46,667 nt of DNA from Dimargaris cristalligena. Taxonomy: Eukaryota. Shown here piece after piece: positions 10,659 through 22,089 of this stretch. The notes below the pieces were generated by a model. The model was not told where the DNA came from. It was given only the letters and a program-made list of their open reading frames with translations, and did no database searches. The first letter of the stretch is position 1, and every line of letters starts with the position of its first letter. Position numbers and translations under genes: made by a program. The stretch covers positions 1 to 46,667 of the forward strand of contig ML002293.1 in the NCBI GenBank assembly GCA_003614675.1. The letters are read 5' to 3'.

Positions 10659-12430
10659 ATGAATCTCACCCGTCCCGCTAAGACGAGCTTTGCCGGCCCG
10701 TCCGGCCGTCGCTCGAGTCACGCCGGTGCCTCCACCTCCGCCTCTCACGCCGCCGCCTCGTCCACCTCCACCTCGTCCTCCTCCGCCATCCATGCCCATC
10801 CGGGCTTCCTGTTTGCCAATTTCAACCAGGACTACGGCTGTTTCGCCGTGGGCCTGGACTCCGGCTTCCGCATTTTCAACACCGATCCCCTCAAGGAAAA
10901 GATGCGCCGGGACTTCGCCGAAGGTGGCATCGGCCAGGTCGAAATGCTCTTCCGGAGCAATTACCTGGCCCTCGTGGGCGGGGGTAAAAACCCCCAGTTC
11001 CCCCCCAATAAAGTGATCCTCTGGGATGACTCGAAACATGAAGTCAAGGCCCGCCTGGAATTCAAGAGTGAGGTGCGGGCCGTGAAGATGCGTCGGGACC
11101 GCATTGTGGTGGCCCTATTGAATAAGGTATCGGTGTATTCATTGAGTGTCGTGCCCCAGTTGCTGCATTCGTTCGAAACCGCCGAAAATGAGGCCGGGGT
11201 GCTGGCCTTGTCGTCCGATAATACGGCGTCCATCTTGGCTATTCCCGGGCGCCAGTTCGGTCATATTCAAACCGTGGACTTGAACTCGTATTTTACGCCG
11301 CCTCGCCCCACCGACCTATTAGACCACCGCTCCGGCCGAATGGCCAAACCCAGTGGTGGTAGCGGAGCTTCGGCGAACTCCGTCCCCGCGGGAAATGGTA
11401 GTAGTATTAGTAGTAGTGGCCTCCCCCCGACGACGGCCATGTCCGCCAATGTTAGCATCATCACCGCCCATACGACCCGACTCAGCTGCCTGGCCATCAA
11501 CGCCGAAGGCACCAAACTGGCCAGCGCCAGTGAAAAGGGTACGCTGATCCGGGTGTTCCACGCCGGGTCGGGGAAGCTGTTGAACGAGCTCCGGCGCGGG
11601 GTCGACCGGGCCGAAATTTACTCCATTGCCTTCAGTCATGACTCGACGCGGTTGTGCGTGGCGTCCGATAAAGGAACCATCCATATTTTTAACCTCGAGT
11701 TGGGAGCGTCGGACCTACCGGGGGGAGGGCCCCAGTACGGGGAGGTATCCCAGGGGTAAGTAAAAAAGATGCTTTAAATCCTCGCTGGCCTAGTATTCGC
11801 CTGTATCCATTTATTGAAAAATGATGGCTATATTGTCAATCACGTCACTCGACCTACGAGCACTAGTGACTGACCATGCCTTGCCAATTCGTATGTTTGC
11901 ATCTCTCCTATATCTCTCAATGACTACCACCCTCCATCTGTACTATCGGGTATTATAGTCCCCAGCAAGCCATCAGTGGCAACCGGCAGTCTAGGTAAGC
12001 CCCTACTTCCACCACGGTGTGCAAGCTAGTCAGTAACCCCCTTCATGACTGGGTTATACACTACCTAAAAACATGTGACCGTAGTCTTTTGAATAGACGG
12101 GTTTATTCGATAATGATAACACCCTTCCACTAACCATTCCTATAAATTACTACCACCACCTTATCCCCACATTTGTATCACATCGGACCCGTCCCCCCGG
12201 CTCTAACCCACAGCTTTTCATTTATGCGCGACCTACTACCCAAGTATTTTTCCTCCGAATGGAGCTTCGCCCATTTCCGGGTAAGCGGCGACGTACGCTG
12301 CCTCTGCGCCTTTGGTAACGAACGCAATAGCATCATTGTCCTTTGTTCAGATGGGAGCTGCTACAAGTATATTTTCGATCCGCTCAAGGGCAACTGTGTC
12401 CGGGAGTGGTACCGTAAATTTCTATCCTGA
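10659..12430 (+). CDS. HSV2: PROPPIN WD40 phosphoinositide-binding protein, Hsv2/WDR45(B) (WIPI3/4) type, about 449 aa, 3 exons
   Basis: FNQDYGCFAVG, EMLFRSNYLALVGGG, ASASEKGTLIRVF, the LRRG lipid-binding motif, and C-terminal NRQSSFSFMRDLLPKYFSSEWSFA typical of WIPI3/4. Exons 10659-11755, 11959-11994 and 12214-12430 join in frame through GTAAG...AG introns. Confidence 0.9.
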
Positions 12431-12463
12431 TCGGTCTCATTCTTTTATCAGCCAATGCCGATG

Positions 12464-12607
12464 ATATGGGTAAAATTCAAACCAGCTGTATAAGGTTTTA
12501 CAATATACGTGTATGGGCGAATATATGTGAGAATAGCTTTTAACCAGTAATATTGGCCGCATCCAATGGATTTTTCGTTATACAGCCTGAATGAACTTCT
12601 CCCATAT
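12464..12607 (+). mobile_element. MITE-like non-autonomous element, 144 bp, copy 1
   Basis: Imperfect ~30-bp terminal inverted repeats (ATATGGGTAAAATTCAAACCAGCTGTATAA ... TTATACAGCCTGAATGAACTTCTCCCATAT), AT-rich and non-coding. A near-identical inverted copy lies at 17107-17250. Confidence 0.75.
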
Positions 12608-13590
12608 TGAGCCCACTGTTTACCATTACCACTATACTATTTATACTATTCGGGGTTGGTGTGGTCGACTGGGGCCAATACACATAGACCCTTCAAAATA
12701 AGAGGGGGACTAGTTGGATTTTGTCGACCCGCATCAGCCCATTTACACCGTTATACCTGGAAGTGTCGAATATCCAGCCATGTAAGATTATTATACTATT
12801 CGCCTTTTTTTATTTTAATTGTGGACTTTTCGTTCCTCTACACCCTGCTTTTTGAAAACCATCCCAGTCTGGTTGAATAAATGAACGACCTAGACTTAGG
12901 CACCCGTTTTAAATAGAAGCGCTCTTAGTGAAGGTGGTTGAAAGAGCCGTTTAAGCTGCCCCTTTATATTCGTGCTGCAGTCAATATGGAGTAGTAGGTA
13001 AGCAACACAGCATTAAATGTCTATGGCTTTTAAATATATATTTATAATGTCAAGGAATACCTGAGTTTCATTACCAACCCCTTTTACCACTATGTGTATT
13101 GAAAATATGCTAATAAATCAGCCACGGTGACTTCATTTAAAGGGAATATATATATGATGTATTGACAAGGGGAAGTAGTGCTTCAGAATAGCCTTCCGCA
13201 CTGACATGGGTGGCTCTATACCAGAAGACCTACCACTTACTCACCAACACCGCCTCTTCCTACAAACGTGTATTCTTCGTGTCCGGTCCCTCCCCATGGA
13301 CTTCCAGTTCATCGTAAATTGACCCTTCTCCTTCAAGAGCAGGCAATCCTTTGGTGCTATTTAGCTCTCCCACTCTATTATATTGCCTTGTCGATCCATT
13401 ATATACTTTTCCGTCTGTTGGCAATCCTCACTGCCCTTTCTCTTTTCCGTTTTAGCATTCTTCACCAGTACTCGACTTGCTTCTCGCATCCTATTTGTTC
13501 GTCTATCTCTACTTTCGGGCTTCTCCCTAGCTAAAAGTATCCTACGATCCTTTAACATTGTAACTCCGCATTCCGACCAATTTAGTGACC

Positions 13591-16500
13591 ATGTGTAAGT
13601 TATGATCCAAGAGGACCACGTCCTCTCTTTCCACTGTTTCAGAGCGGTTGGATTGCTCCACGAGTCAAGAGTATCGCGGCTCCTGTTCCACCCGATGGTC
13701 GCTTCGAAACAGGCCCTGTTTGGTTTACCTGTTATCGAGGTGTAAAGACGGGTCTAGGCACATCGAGACAACGCAACCTAGTCCAAAACAGGTGTAGACA
13801 GCGTCCCATTCCTGGCCATGGCATTCGATTATCCCCCACCCTAGCGACTAAACCTACGCATATGCCCGCACTATTCGTATGTGTATCCATATCCTCTATA
13901 CCTGACCACCGGACTCTATAAACAATCACCAGCCTTCGGAGGCTACAACACAAACACCGGAGGAGCCAGTAAGTAATTACCCCTGTTTTAAGTGTAAACC
14001 CCGATCCCCATTGTGGGCCCACCATCCCTTCAATATGATATATTGCTGATACTAAATGCATCCAAATATATATCTATATCTATCTATCTTCCCATATATT
14101 GCCCAATGATCAGATACAGGTATCTTTGGTGCCCCCGCGTCGTCATCAGGGGGTGATGCGCCTAAACCTTCGCTAGGCTTCGGCACTTTTGGTGGCGGTG
14201 GAGCCGGTCCCACTGGATTTAGTTTCGGAGGAGCGGCCCCGGCCTCTGGAGCTAACCCTGCTCCCGTCGCTGCCAAACCCGCCTCTTTCGGATTCGCGAC
14301 CACCGCCACCAGCAGCGCCGCCGATTCAAGCGGCGCCCCTAAGCCCACCTTTGGCTTTGGCGCGACTCCCTCCTTCGGCGCGCCCGCCTCCAGCTCCAGC
14401 GCGGCTGCTCCTTCTTCCTTCGGTTCGTTCGGTAGCTTCTCCGGGAGTAGTACCTCCACGGCTCCCGCAGCGCTGGCGGAACCGGCCAAACCGGCCGCCT
14501 TCGGTGGCTTTAATTCGACCGGGGCCGCGCCGCTTAGCTTCGGTGGAGCCCCTGCTTCTTCTACCGCTAGTTCCACGGCTGGGGCTCCGCTTTCATTTGG
14601 CGGTGCCCCAGCCACCTCGATGGGCATGGGAGGGTCCGGACTTTTCGGCGGTTCCACCAAGCCCACGGCCGCCCCGGCATTCCCGACCTCCACCGGTGGC
14701 GGTGGAGGATTATTCGGAGATGCGACTGCCCAACCCGGCGGGTTTGGGATGCAGGCCAACAAAGGGGGCAGTCTCTTCGGCATGAATAAGGGCGGCTCTC
14801 TTTCGGCCTCAACGGGCGGTGAAGCCTCGGATAATAAGGAACCAGCGGGTAATGCTTCCGCCTCTATCGCCGGGTCTGCCGGTGGCTCTTCGTTCGGCGC
14901 TTTCTCCTCCATTCCCTCCACTTCGGCAACCGCGGCCCCTTCGTTTGGTGCCTTTTCCTCTATGGCAGGTGCATCGACTGGCTCCACCGCTACTTCCGCA
15001 TCCGCAGCGGCCCCGGCCTCAACTGGGGGCGGCTTTTCTATTGCCGGCAGTTCCAAAGGGAAACAACCCGAGTTCGGGGCTACTACGAACACCGAGGGCA
15101 GTCTACCCGCATCCACTTCCACCTCGATTGCGGGTGCCTCGACGAAGGCAGCCGCCCCACTCGGATTCGGTGCGACCGCCACCACTACTGCTACTACTTC
15201 GGCCCCGGCGGCACCCGGAGGCTTATTTGCCACGGTGACCCCCGCTCTGCCCTTCTCGCAGTCGACGGGTCTGGGTGACAAACCAGCGGGCGGCCCGTTC
15301 GGATTGGGGACGACCACTACTTCTACTGCTACCTCTACGGCCGCTGCCCCAGCGACGTCTGCCCCGTTATCCCTCGGCATTACTGGTACTACTGTGACCA
15401 CCCCGGCACCCCTATCGTTTGGTATCAGTGCTACCGCCCCCACCACTACCACCACCACCTCCTCCTCCATCGCTGCACCCGCAACCTGCGCAGCAGCGAG
15501 CACGCCCGCATCCAACCTCGTTCCGGCGTCTACGGTGAATGCCATCGTCAACAACCTCAAGACCAAAACGCTGGAGGATATTCTGAACAAATGGACCCTC
15601 GAGCTGAACGAGTGTTCGCGCGACTTCCATAAACAAGCCGTGGATGTGGCCAAATGGGACCAGGGCCTCCTGGATAACGGCAAACTGATTTCGCAGTTGT
15701 ACGCCGATACGGTCGAGGCCGAATTCACCCAGAAGGTCATTGACCAGAACTTGGAATACATCGAACTCCAACAAACCGACCTGGCCCGCACGTTGGCGGA
15801 ATACGAAAAAGTGATCCTACCGGTGTACCAGTCCGCCAAAGCCCAATCGTCCAACTCGCACGTGAAAAACGCGGATGATGAACGGGTGCGGGTTTACGAC
15901 CTGGCCGAGGATGTCGGACGGCGGTTGGATAAGGTCAACAATCAGCTCACCGCCATTGTGGACGAAATTAACGAAGTGTCGGGCGTCGGCAATAATGGTG
16001 GGGCCAACGGGGGATCAGGAGAGGGTGCGGGTTCCGCGTCCACGGCTACCCAGCAGCAACGCCCAGGAGCGGCAGGTGGTAACGGTACCGCCCAGGATGA
16101 TGATCCCTTCTCTCAGGTGGTGCAGATTCTGAACCACCACTTGACTTCGCTGGAATGGTTGGACCGGAGCACCCATACGCTGAAACAACGCATCAACGAC
16201 TTAAATCAAGTGCAAACCCAACAACAACAGCAACAGCAGGCCGGACGTAATAACCAGTGGACCGAAGTGGGCAGTCGGCCTTCGACCCAGACCGGTGGAA
16301 TGGCCATGGTAGGAGGGGGGAGTACCAACGGTGGTGGAGGAGCGGCCCGTTATCCGCAGATGCCCCCACCCGGCACGGTGGTTCCCTCGACCCCTTCCTA
16401 CCACCACCGCCCTGCGAGCCACGGTGGGGTGGTGACTTACCCGGGCACTGTCGCCCCATCCACCCAAGCCCGCACCACCTCCGCCCCCCCCGGCGGCGGG

Positions 16501-16599
16501 GGTACTGGGTACTCCGTCCCGGTCTTCCATGATCAATTTTACCCACTCTTTCCAACCGACGCCGTTGTCCCGGTACGCCAGCCAACATACCTGGAGTAG
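13591..16599 (+). CDS. NSP1: FG-repeat nucleoporin Nsp1/Nup62; true C-terminus may extend to 16789
   Basis: Inferred exons 13591-13594 (ATGT|GTAAGT), 13933-13968 and 14114 onward give MSFGGYNTNTGGANTGIFGAP... Many FG/FSFG/SLFG repeats are followed by the Nsp1_C coiled coil (LKTKTLEDILNKWTLEL...WDQGLLDNGKLI...VVQILNHHLTSLEWLD). Confidence 0.9.
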
Positions 16600-17106
16600 C
16601 AACGGAGTTCAGCAACAACAACAGCCCACCGCCCCAGTGACCAGTAGCAGTGGCGGGATGGGATCATTCGGTAGTTTCGCAACTCCGGCCGTCTCCAATC
16701 CGACTACTACGACTAATACCCTGACTAGCTCGCTCTTTGGAGCGGCTACCCCGACGCCTAATACTACCACCAGCCTGTTTGGCCGTTAAAGTAATGTCCA
16801 TCGGAGGTGCATTAAGCCACCTCCCCTACTTCCAGTACACTCCCCCAATTATATATAACTTTGACCGGTTGCTAAACTTTTTGATAGGGGGGGGTGCTTT
16901 ATATTTTACGTGCAAGTCCGCATAACATCCGTATTAGCATATGTCTGGGCCGAATGGATATCGTTTACTACACATCGGGCACGTACCCTTTCTTCGCCGC
17001 CAACCAAACTACCCCCCTTTTTTTAAATGCTTACATATGCCCGCTTTTAAGATCGCTTTGACCGTTTGATCCAAATAAATATATCTGATAGCCAGTTGAA
17101 GTATGC

Positions 17107-17250
17107 ATATGGGAGAAGTTCATTCAGGCTGTATAACGAAAAATCCATTGGATGAGGCCAATATTACTGGTTAAAAGCTTTTCTCACATATATTCGCCCA
17201 TACACGTATTATGTAAAACCTTATACAGCTGGTTTGAATTTCATCCATAT
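17107..17250 (-). mobile_element. MITE-like non-autonomous element, 144 bp, copy 2 (inverted relative to copy 1)
   Basis: Its reverse complement matches 12464-12607 with about 6 mismatches in 144 bp by manual alignment, with the same terminal inverted repeats. Confidence 0.75.
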
Positions 17251-18316
17251 GCTAACAATGGTTTAATCTCGGTGAGATTAGTGTTTCTGTGGCTAAGTGG
17301 TTTTTGACGGAGGAGGAGGAGAACGCTCTAGTCAGTAATATGTACGTATCTTTCAATTCCTATAATTACCACCCTGGGATTGATTTAAACGCAGGCAGTT
17401 CAAGGGACTCGGCAGGGTAGTGGTTAAGACGACTGCCGTACCTCATTGCTGATCTATGTTTAGAGAGCTGGAGCGGTGGTGATTTTAAGCTAGTCCCTTG
17501 AATTTGATAATACACCGCAACTATTGCTCCTCAAGGTGGCACACGAGTCCAGAGAGTAAAGTAGCCTGATCGGATTAGCAGAGGGAAAGGATTATGCAAT
17601 TAAGGTGGATTAGTATCAGCTGACATCACGTGGTTCAAATGGGAGGATATTTTTTTTCGACCAGACCTTTGAGGGAGAAAGGTGGGATAAAAAAAGAGCG
17701 ATGGGAAAATAAAAATTTAAAAGGCCCCTTTAAGCGGGGCGGGCGGGGCAGCCAAAGTAGGGTGCGCCTCCTACTTTTTGAGCGTACCACCCACATATAA
17801 TACACACACACACTATTCTCCTAAAAATCCCCCAGTGTGGGAGATGAATGCCCTGTTGCTACTCGACCTTGGGGCATACGGTCCACACCCGGGGCTATAG
17901 TGGTGTGGCATTGGCCCATACCCATCATATACATTTTCACATACCCATAGCGAAAGAGAGTGAGTGAGAGAGTAGGAGGGGGGGAGAAAGAGAGAGCGGG
18001 AGAGGCAGGAGAAGCAGCAGAGAGAAAGAGAGAGAGAGAGAGAGAGAGTAAAACCACGGCGGCGGGGATCTTTTGCAAAAGCTGGGGTGGGTTAGGGCAA
18101 GAATATACTACCACCACCACACTATCATATTGTGAGAAACGCATAGAGTATAGCATAGGAAGAAAAACGGCGGGGGCATAGTGGCATAAAACTTTCACCC
18201 TGGAGGCCGGCAGATCTGTTTCCTCCTCTTTCGTTTGGATAATCTTGCCAACCCATTCTTTCCTCCTCTCTCCCCTTAACACTTTTTTATTTCCTAGTAA
18301 ATAAAAGTACGGAAAG

Positions 18317-18846
18317 GTAAGCCTCCATCACATCCTCCTCGGTCTCATCTACTCTGCTCTACTCTACCCTACTCTACTTTCGATCCCACACACCACCACC
18401 GCCGGTGAGTAGAAGAAACTTCTCCTTCGGTCCCCCCTCCTACTCTGCTCATCCACAGCGGATCTACCACCTACTTCGGCCAGTTTGAGTGGAGGAGGGG
18501 TGGGGGACTCCACTCCACCAGTGGATTCCGTTGGATCTACTCAACTGCCCGGTTTCTTTTTTTAGATCGCGAGGTGACTTAGATCTACCGGTGGGATCTA
18601 CTTACTACCGGTTGATCGTGCTCCGGATCTACTCCTTCGTCCAGATCTAGATCTGTTTGCGGGCAACGATCTATCAAGTGTCTATACTGGGTTGATCGCG
18701 GGGCCCGGGCGAATATAGATCGGGCGATCTACTCCCTGGTTCCTCCCTTCTTGATTCAATCCCTTCCCTCCGATCTCAGTCATCTAATCTACCTCTACCA
18801 CCCTACCCTATCCTACCCACACCTCCTCCCCTTATTTCTTCGATAG
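18317..18846 (+). other. Probable 5'UTR intron of RPL21
   Basis: AG|GTAAGC donor at 18317. Pyrimidine-rich tract and TAG acceptor ending at 18846 (alternative at 18851), just before CCACC-ATG at 18858. Confidence 0.65.
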
Positions 18847-18857
18847 TTTAGCCCACC

Positions 18858-19340
18858 ATGCCTCACTCTTTCGGTTATCGCGCCCGCACCCGGCACATGT
18901 TTGCCCGCAACTTCCGGGACCATGGTACCGTGAAGCTGTCGACCTACCTCAAGATCTACAAGGTGGGCGATATTGTGGACATCAAGGCCAACGCCGCCGA
19001 ACAGCGTGGTATGCCCCACAAGTACTACCACGGTCGTACCGGTATCATCTTCAACGTGTCCAAGTCCGCCGTCGGTGTCATCATCAACAAGCGCGTGGGT
19101 GGCCGCTTCATTGAGAAGCGCGTGTACATCCGTATCGAGCACATCCGTCACTCCAAGTGCCGGGCTGACTTCAAGGACCGTGTCCGCGCCAACGACGCCA
19201 AGCGCGCCGAGGCTAAGCTGAACGGTGAAACCATCTCGATGAAGCGTATCCCCGGTCAGCCCCGTGCCGGTCACTTCGTTACCATCAAGAACAACTTCCC
19301 CACTACCATCCAGCCCATCCCTTACGATACCCTCATTTAA
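18858..19340 (+). CDS. RPL21: 60S ribosomal protein L21 (eL21), 160 aa
   Basis: MPHSFGYRARTRHMFAR, YKVGDIVDIK, GMPHKYYHGRTG, RIEHIRHSKCR and C-terminal PIPYDTLI. Highly biased codon usage. Confidence 0.98.
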   Translation: MPHSFGYRARTRHMFARNFRDHGTVKLSTYLKIYKVGDIVDIKANAAEQRGMPHKYYHGRTGIIFNVSKSAVGVIINKRVGGRFIEKRVYIRIEHIRHSKCRADFKDRVRANDAKRAEAKLNGETISMKRIPGQPRAGHFVTIKNNFPTTIQPIPYDTLI

Positions 19341-20209
19341 ACAACAACATCAACACTCTCTATCCTCCTCCCCCTCCCTCCCCTATCATTGGATCGGAGG
19401 GTGGGTGTGGTGTGGTGTGGTGTGGCGGCGGCGGTGTTCGTGGTTGGCTTCAGGCGGCTGTCGGCGTGACTTTTGCGCAGTATTTTATACATACACCCCC
19501 TTCATTCATTCATGTCACACTTTGTTGCACTGTCGCATACCGTGTGTGGGTGACGCCAGTTTTAATAAACGTGTTTTTCCGTGCCTAGGTTTTGTTCCTT
19601 TTTGTTATTTGGGGGATTTTAGTGAGGTTTATGGGTGAGGGGAGTAAGGGAGATTGAACAGATAGGCATAGTTGTTGCAGTAATTGCGAGCCCGGGAGGT
19701 GCGCTCTTTTCCATTGTATATCGATGCAAGACAAGGGAACGATCTCGAAAAGGATTAGGTGACTTTTTTTATTTTATTTTTTGCTGCTAGGATTAGTTTG
19801 TAGTGCTTTATTGGGGAAACTGACGAATTCACTCTGGGCCTCCTCCATTATTTCGAAATATTTTATGAACACCGGCGATAGTACTGCAAGCTATGGTGTA
19901 TCATTTTTCCAAGAAGACTGTAGTGTGATCATTGCTGAAGACTTCTTGCACCCAGTCGCTCTGATTCATTCTGGCTGTAACTGCAAAGTAGCCTTCGACT
20001 CGTCCCTTATTTCTCCTCAACAACCCCCACCAATACTGTATTATCTATGAAAACTAAGATTTAATTGAGAAAAACAAGAAAGACCATGGCCATATTATTA
20101 TAGAGCAATGTGTATAAAGAAGAGATACTTGATCAACAACTGCGATGCATACTACCAATTGCAAAGACCCTGGTACAACCACCCAGGTAGGCATTAAGCC
20201 AGGCCTTTT

Positions 20210-21064
20210 TTAGGGGGTATCAGTCAGCGACTTGGGCTCAATCACAATGGTAGTGGGTTTAGCATCGGCTGGGGCCAGATAACCGCGGTTTTCGACATCA
20301 GAATACCAGGCGAGTTCCTTGGGGTGGTTAGGTTTAGCGAATTTGGGCAACACGGCGAACTTGTGGGGGAGGAGCAGGGCGCGCATGGCCAAACGATTAT
20401 GGAACACATTAGTCACTTTACCCCCGGCGCGTTCGATGGAGGCCATGGCCCCCCGCGAGGCCTTGGACACTTCGATGGTGACCTTGGTATCGAAATGCTC
20501 GTGGCCTTGACTGAGGAGTTTGACACCGTCCTTGATGCAGGTCACACAACGGGAGTCCTTGAGGACCTTCATGGTAATCACCTGCGTAGGATCGATCCGG
20601 CCGGTACGGATCCAGTGCTGCAACCGATCCAGGTTAAGCACCTGGTAGTGTTTCTTGAAAATATTGGTAAACCCTCGTTTGGGGAACAGTTGGTGGAACG
20701 GGGTTTGGCCACCTTCAAACCCTCGCCGCGGTTTGCCATTGCCCGAACGGGCTTTTTGACCCTTGTGGCCCCGCCCCGACGTACCCCCGTGGCCGGAACT
20801 GCCGCCCCGACCGAGGCGTTTGACTTGTTTGACGGACCCCGGCACGTGGCTGATGTTGTGCAGACCGATCTTGACCGTCGGAGGAGCAACATGGGTCGTC
20901 GACAAGGAACGGGGGTGGGGGACAAGGCCTACCAGAGTCGCCGCAGCGGGGGTCGGCGTGATCTGGTGGAAGGAGGGACGTAGAAGAGTGGGGAGGGGTG
21001 TAAGAATGGAACGCCGGGACAGCTGAGCCTGGCCGGCAATGCGGATCGCCCTGGCCGGAAACAT
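20210..21064 (-). CDS. MRPL10: Mitochondrial large-subunit ribosomal protein uL15m (YmL10), 284 aa
   Basis: Arg-rich, acid-free N-terminal presequence. L15 motifs RLGRGGSSGHGGTSGRGHKGQKARSG, GFEGGQTP, PKRGF, NLDRLQHWI and YSDVENRGYL. Confidence 0.95.
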   Translation of the reverse strand: MFPARAIRIAGQAQLSRRSILTPLPTLLRPSFHQITPTPAAATLVGLVPHPRSLSTTHVAPPTVKIGLHNISHVPGSVKQVKRLGRGGSSGHGGTSGRGHKGQKARSGNGKPRRGFEGGQTPFHQLFPKRGFTNIFKKHYQVLNLDRLQHWIRTGRIDPTQVITMKVLKDSRCVTCIKDGVKLLSQGHEHFDTKVTIEVSKASRGAMASIERAGGKVTNVFHNRLAMRALLLPHKFAVLPKFAKPNHPKELAWYSDVENRGYLAPADAKPTTIVIEPKSLTDTP

Positions 21065-21942
21065 GCTGGTACAAAATTTGGAAATGATATAAAAGGGGGA
21101 CTAGGTGTGATGTATCAAGAAATAAAAGTAGGTTGATCACGAATCCGGGAGAGATGGGAGCAGAACGAAGCTTCAGGCTAAGGTGATAGAATCAAGGGAC
21201 ATTCAATCGCAGCGGATCGGGGTTGGTACCGCGAATCAGGCTGACGTTGCCGAGTGGATATAACTATGGGGTTTATGATCTCGCTCGCTGCTTGGAATCT
21301 GAATGTACTAGTTAAGGCGCCGCTGGTCTTCTTCATAGGGGGATGTCGTCCCTCCAATCCTCTGATCCAGCAGTATTAAGAACAGCAAGCAACCTATATG
21401 GAGGAGTGGGTAAATGTGGTGTATGTGCTAGGGCAGTTCGGTTGAACCCCAAAGTCCCGTGACTCGGGCTAGTTATACTCTGAGCCCCTCCATTAATTCA
21501 GTGTGGTCGCAATATACGACTCCACTTATGTGGCCGAGTGCCTTACCACATACTGTGTTAGCTGTACTTAATCTTTTAAGAAGCGATTAAATCGGCGTTG
21601 AGATTGGACCCAAGGGGAAAGGGGCGATATATAATGCCCATATTATGATAATAACTACTTATTAATTCAAACAGTTATTAAAAAGGTATAATAAACCGGG
21701 CGAGATATATTCAGGGGGAGATAGATTAGGCAGTTACCCAGCAGCCTACATAGCATGTTTGAAGAGGGTGTAAGTATGTCCTATTTTTGGTGATACCGGA
21801 CCACCTGTTCTTGTATTAAGCAGACTTCCATTTCCAGAACGTGGCTGGTTTACCACCAAGTTACCATCATGTTTCCTAAACAGAAAGACTAGACAATCAA
21901 ACGGCTAAGATAAGCAGGGTACCTAACCATACCATTAAGCCG

Positions 21943-22089
21943 CTTAAGGAAAATTTCAACACAACCATATAGGATATTATATGAAATATTAGCAAAACAA
22001 TGATACGGGTATGTGCACTCTCTTCCATTACAACCATATCTCCATAGTACATTTTTTCGTGATACAGCTGGGTTGAATTCACCACATTT
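21943..22089 (+). mobile_element. Degenerate relative of the 144-bp MITE-like element
   Basis: The right end TTTTTTCGTGATACAGCTGGGTTGAATTCACCACAT matches the element's TIR (17/18 over ATACAGCTGG-TTGAATT). A weaker left-TIR match (about 18/30) lies about 147 bp upstream. Confidence 0.4.

Noticed and set aside
14052-15854. 600-aa antisense ORF over NSP1
   Set aside because: Shadow of a GC-rich, low-complexity FG-repeat CDS that is depleted of antisense stop codons; no domain features.
21241-21330. tRNA D-loop-like fragments GCCGAGTGG and GTTAAGGCG about 50 nt apart
   Set aside because: No matching acceptor stem, anticodon arm or T-arm with GTTCRA could be built.
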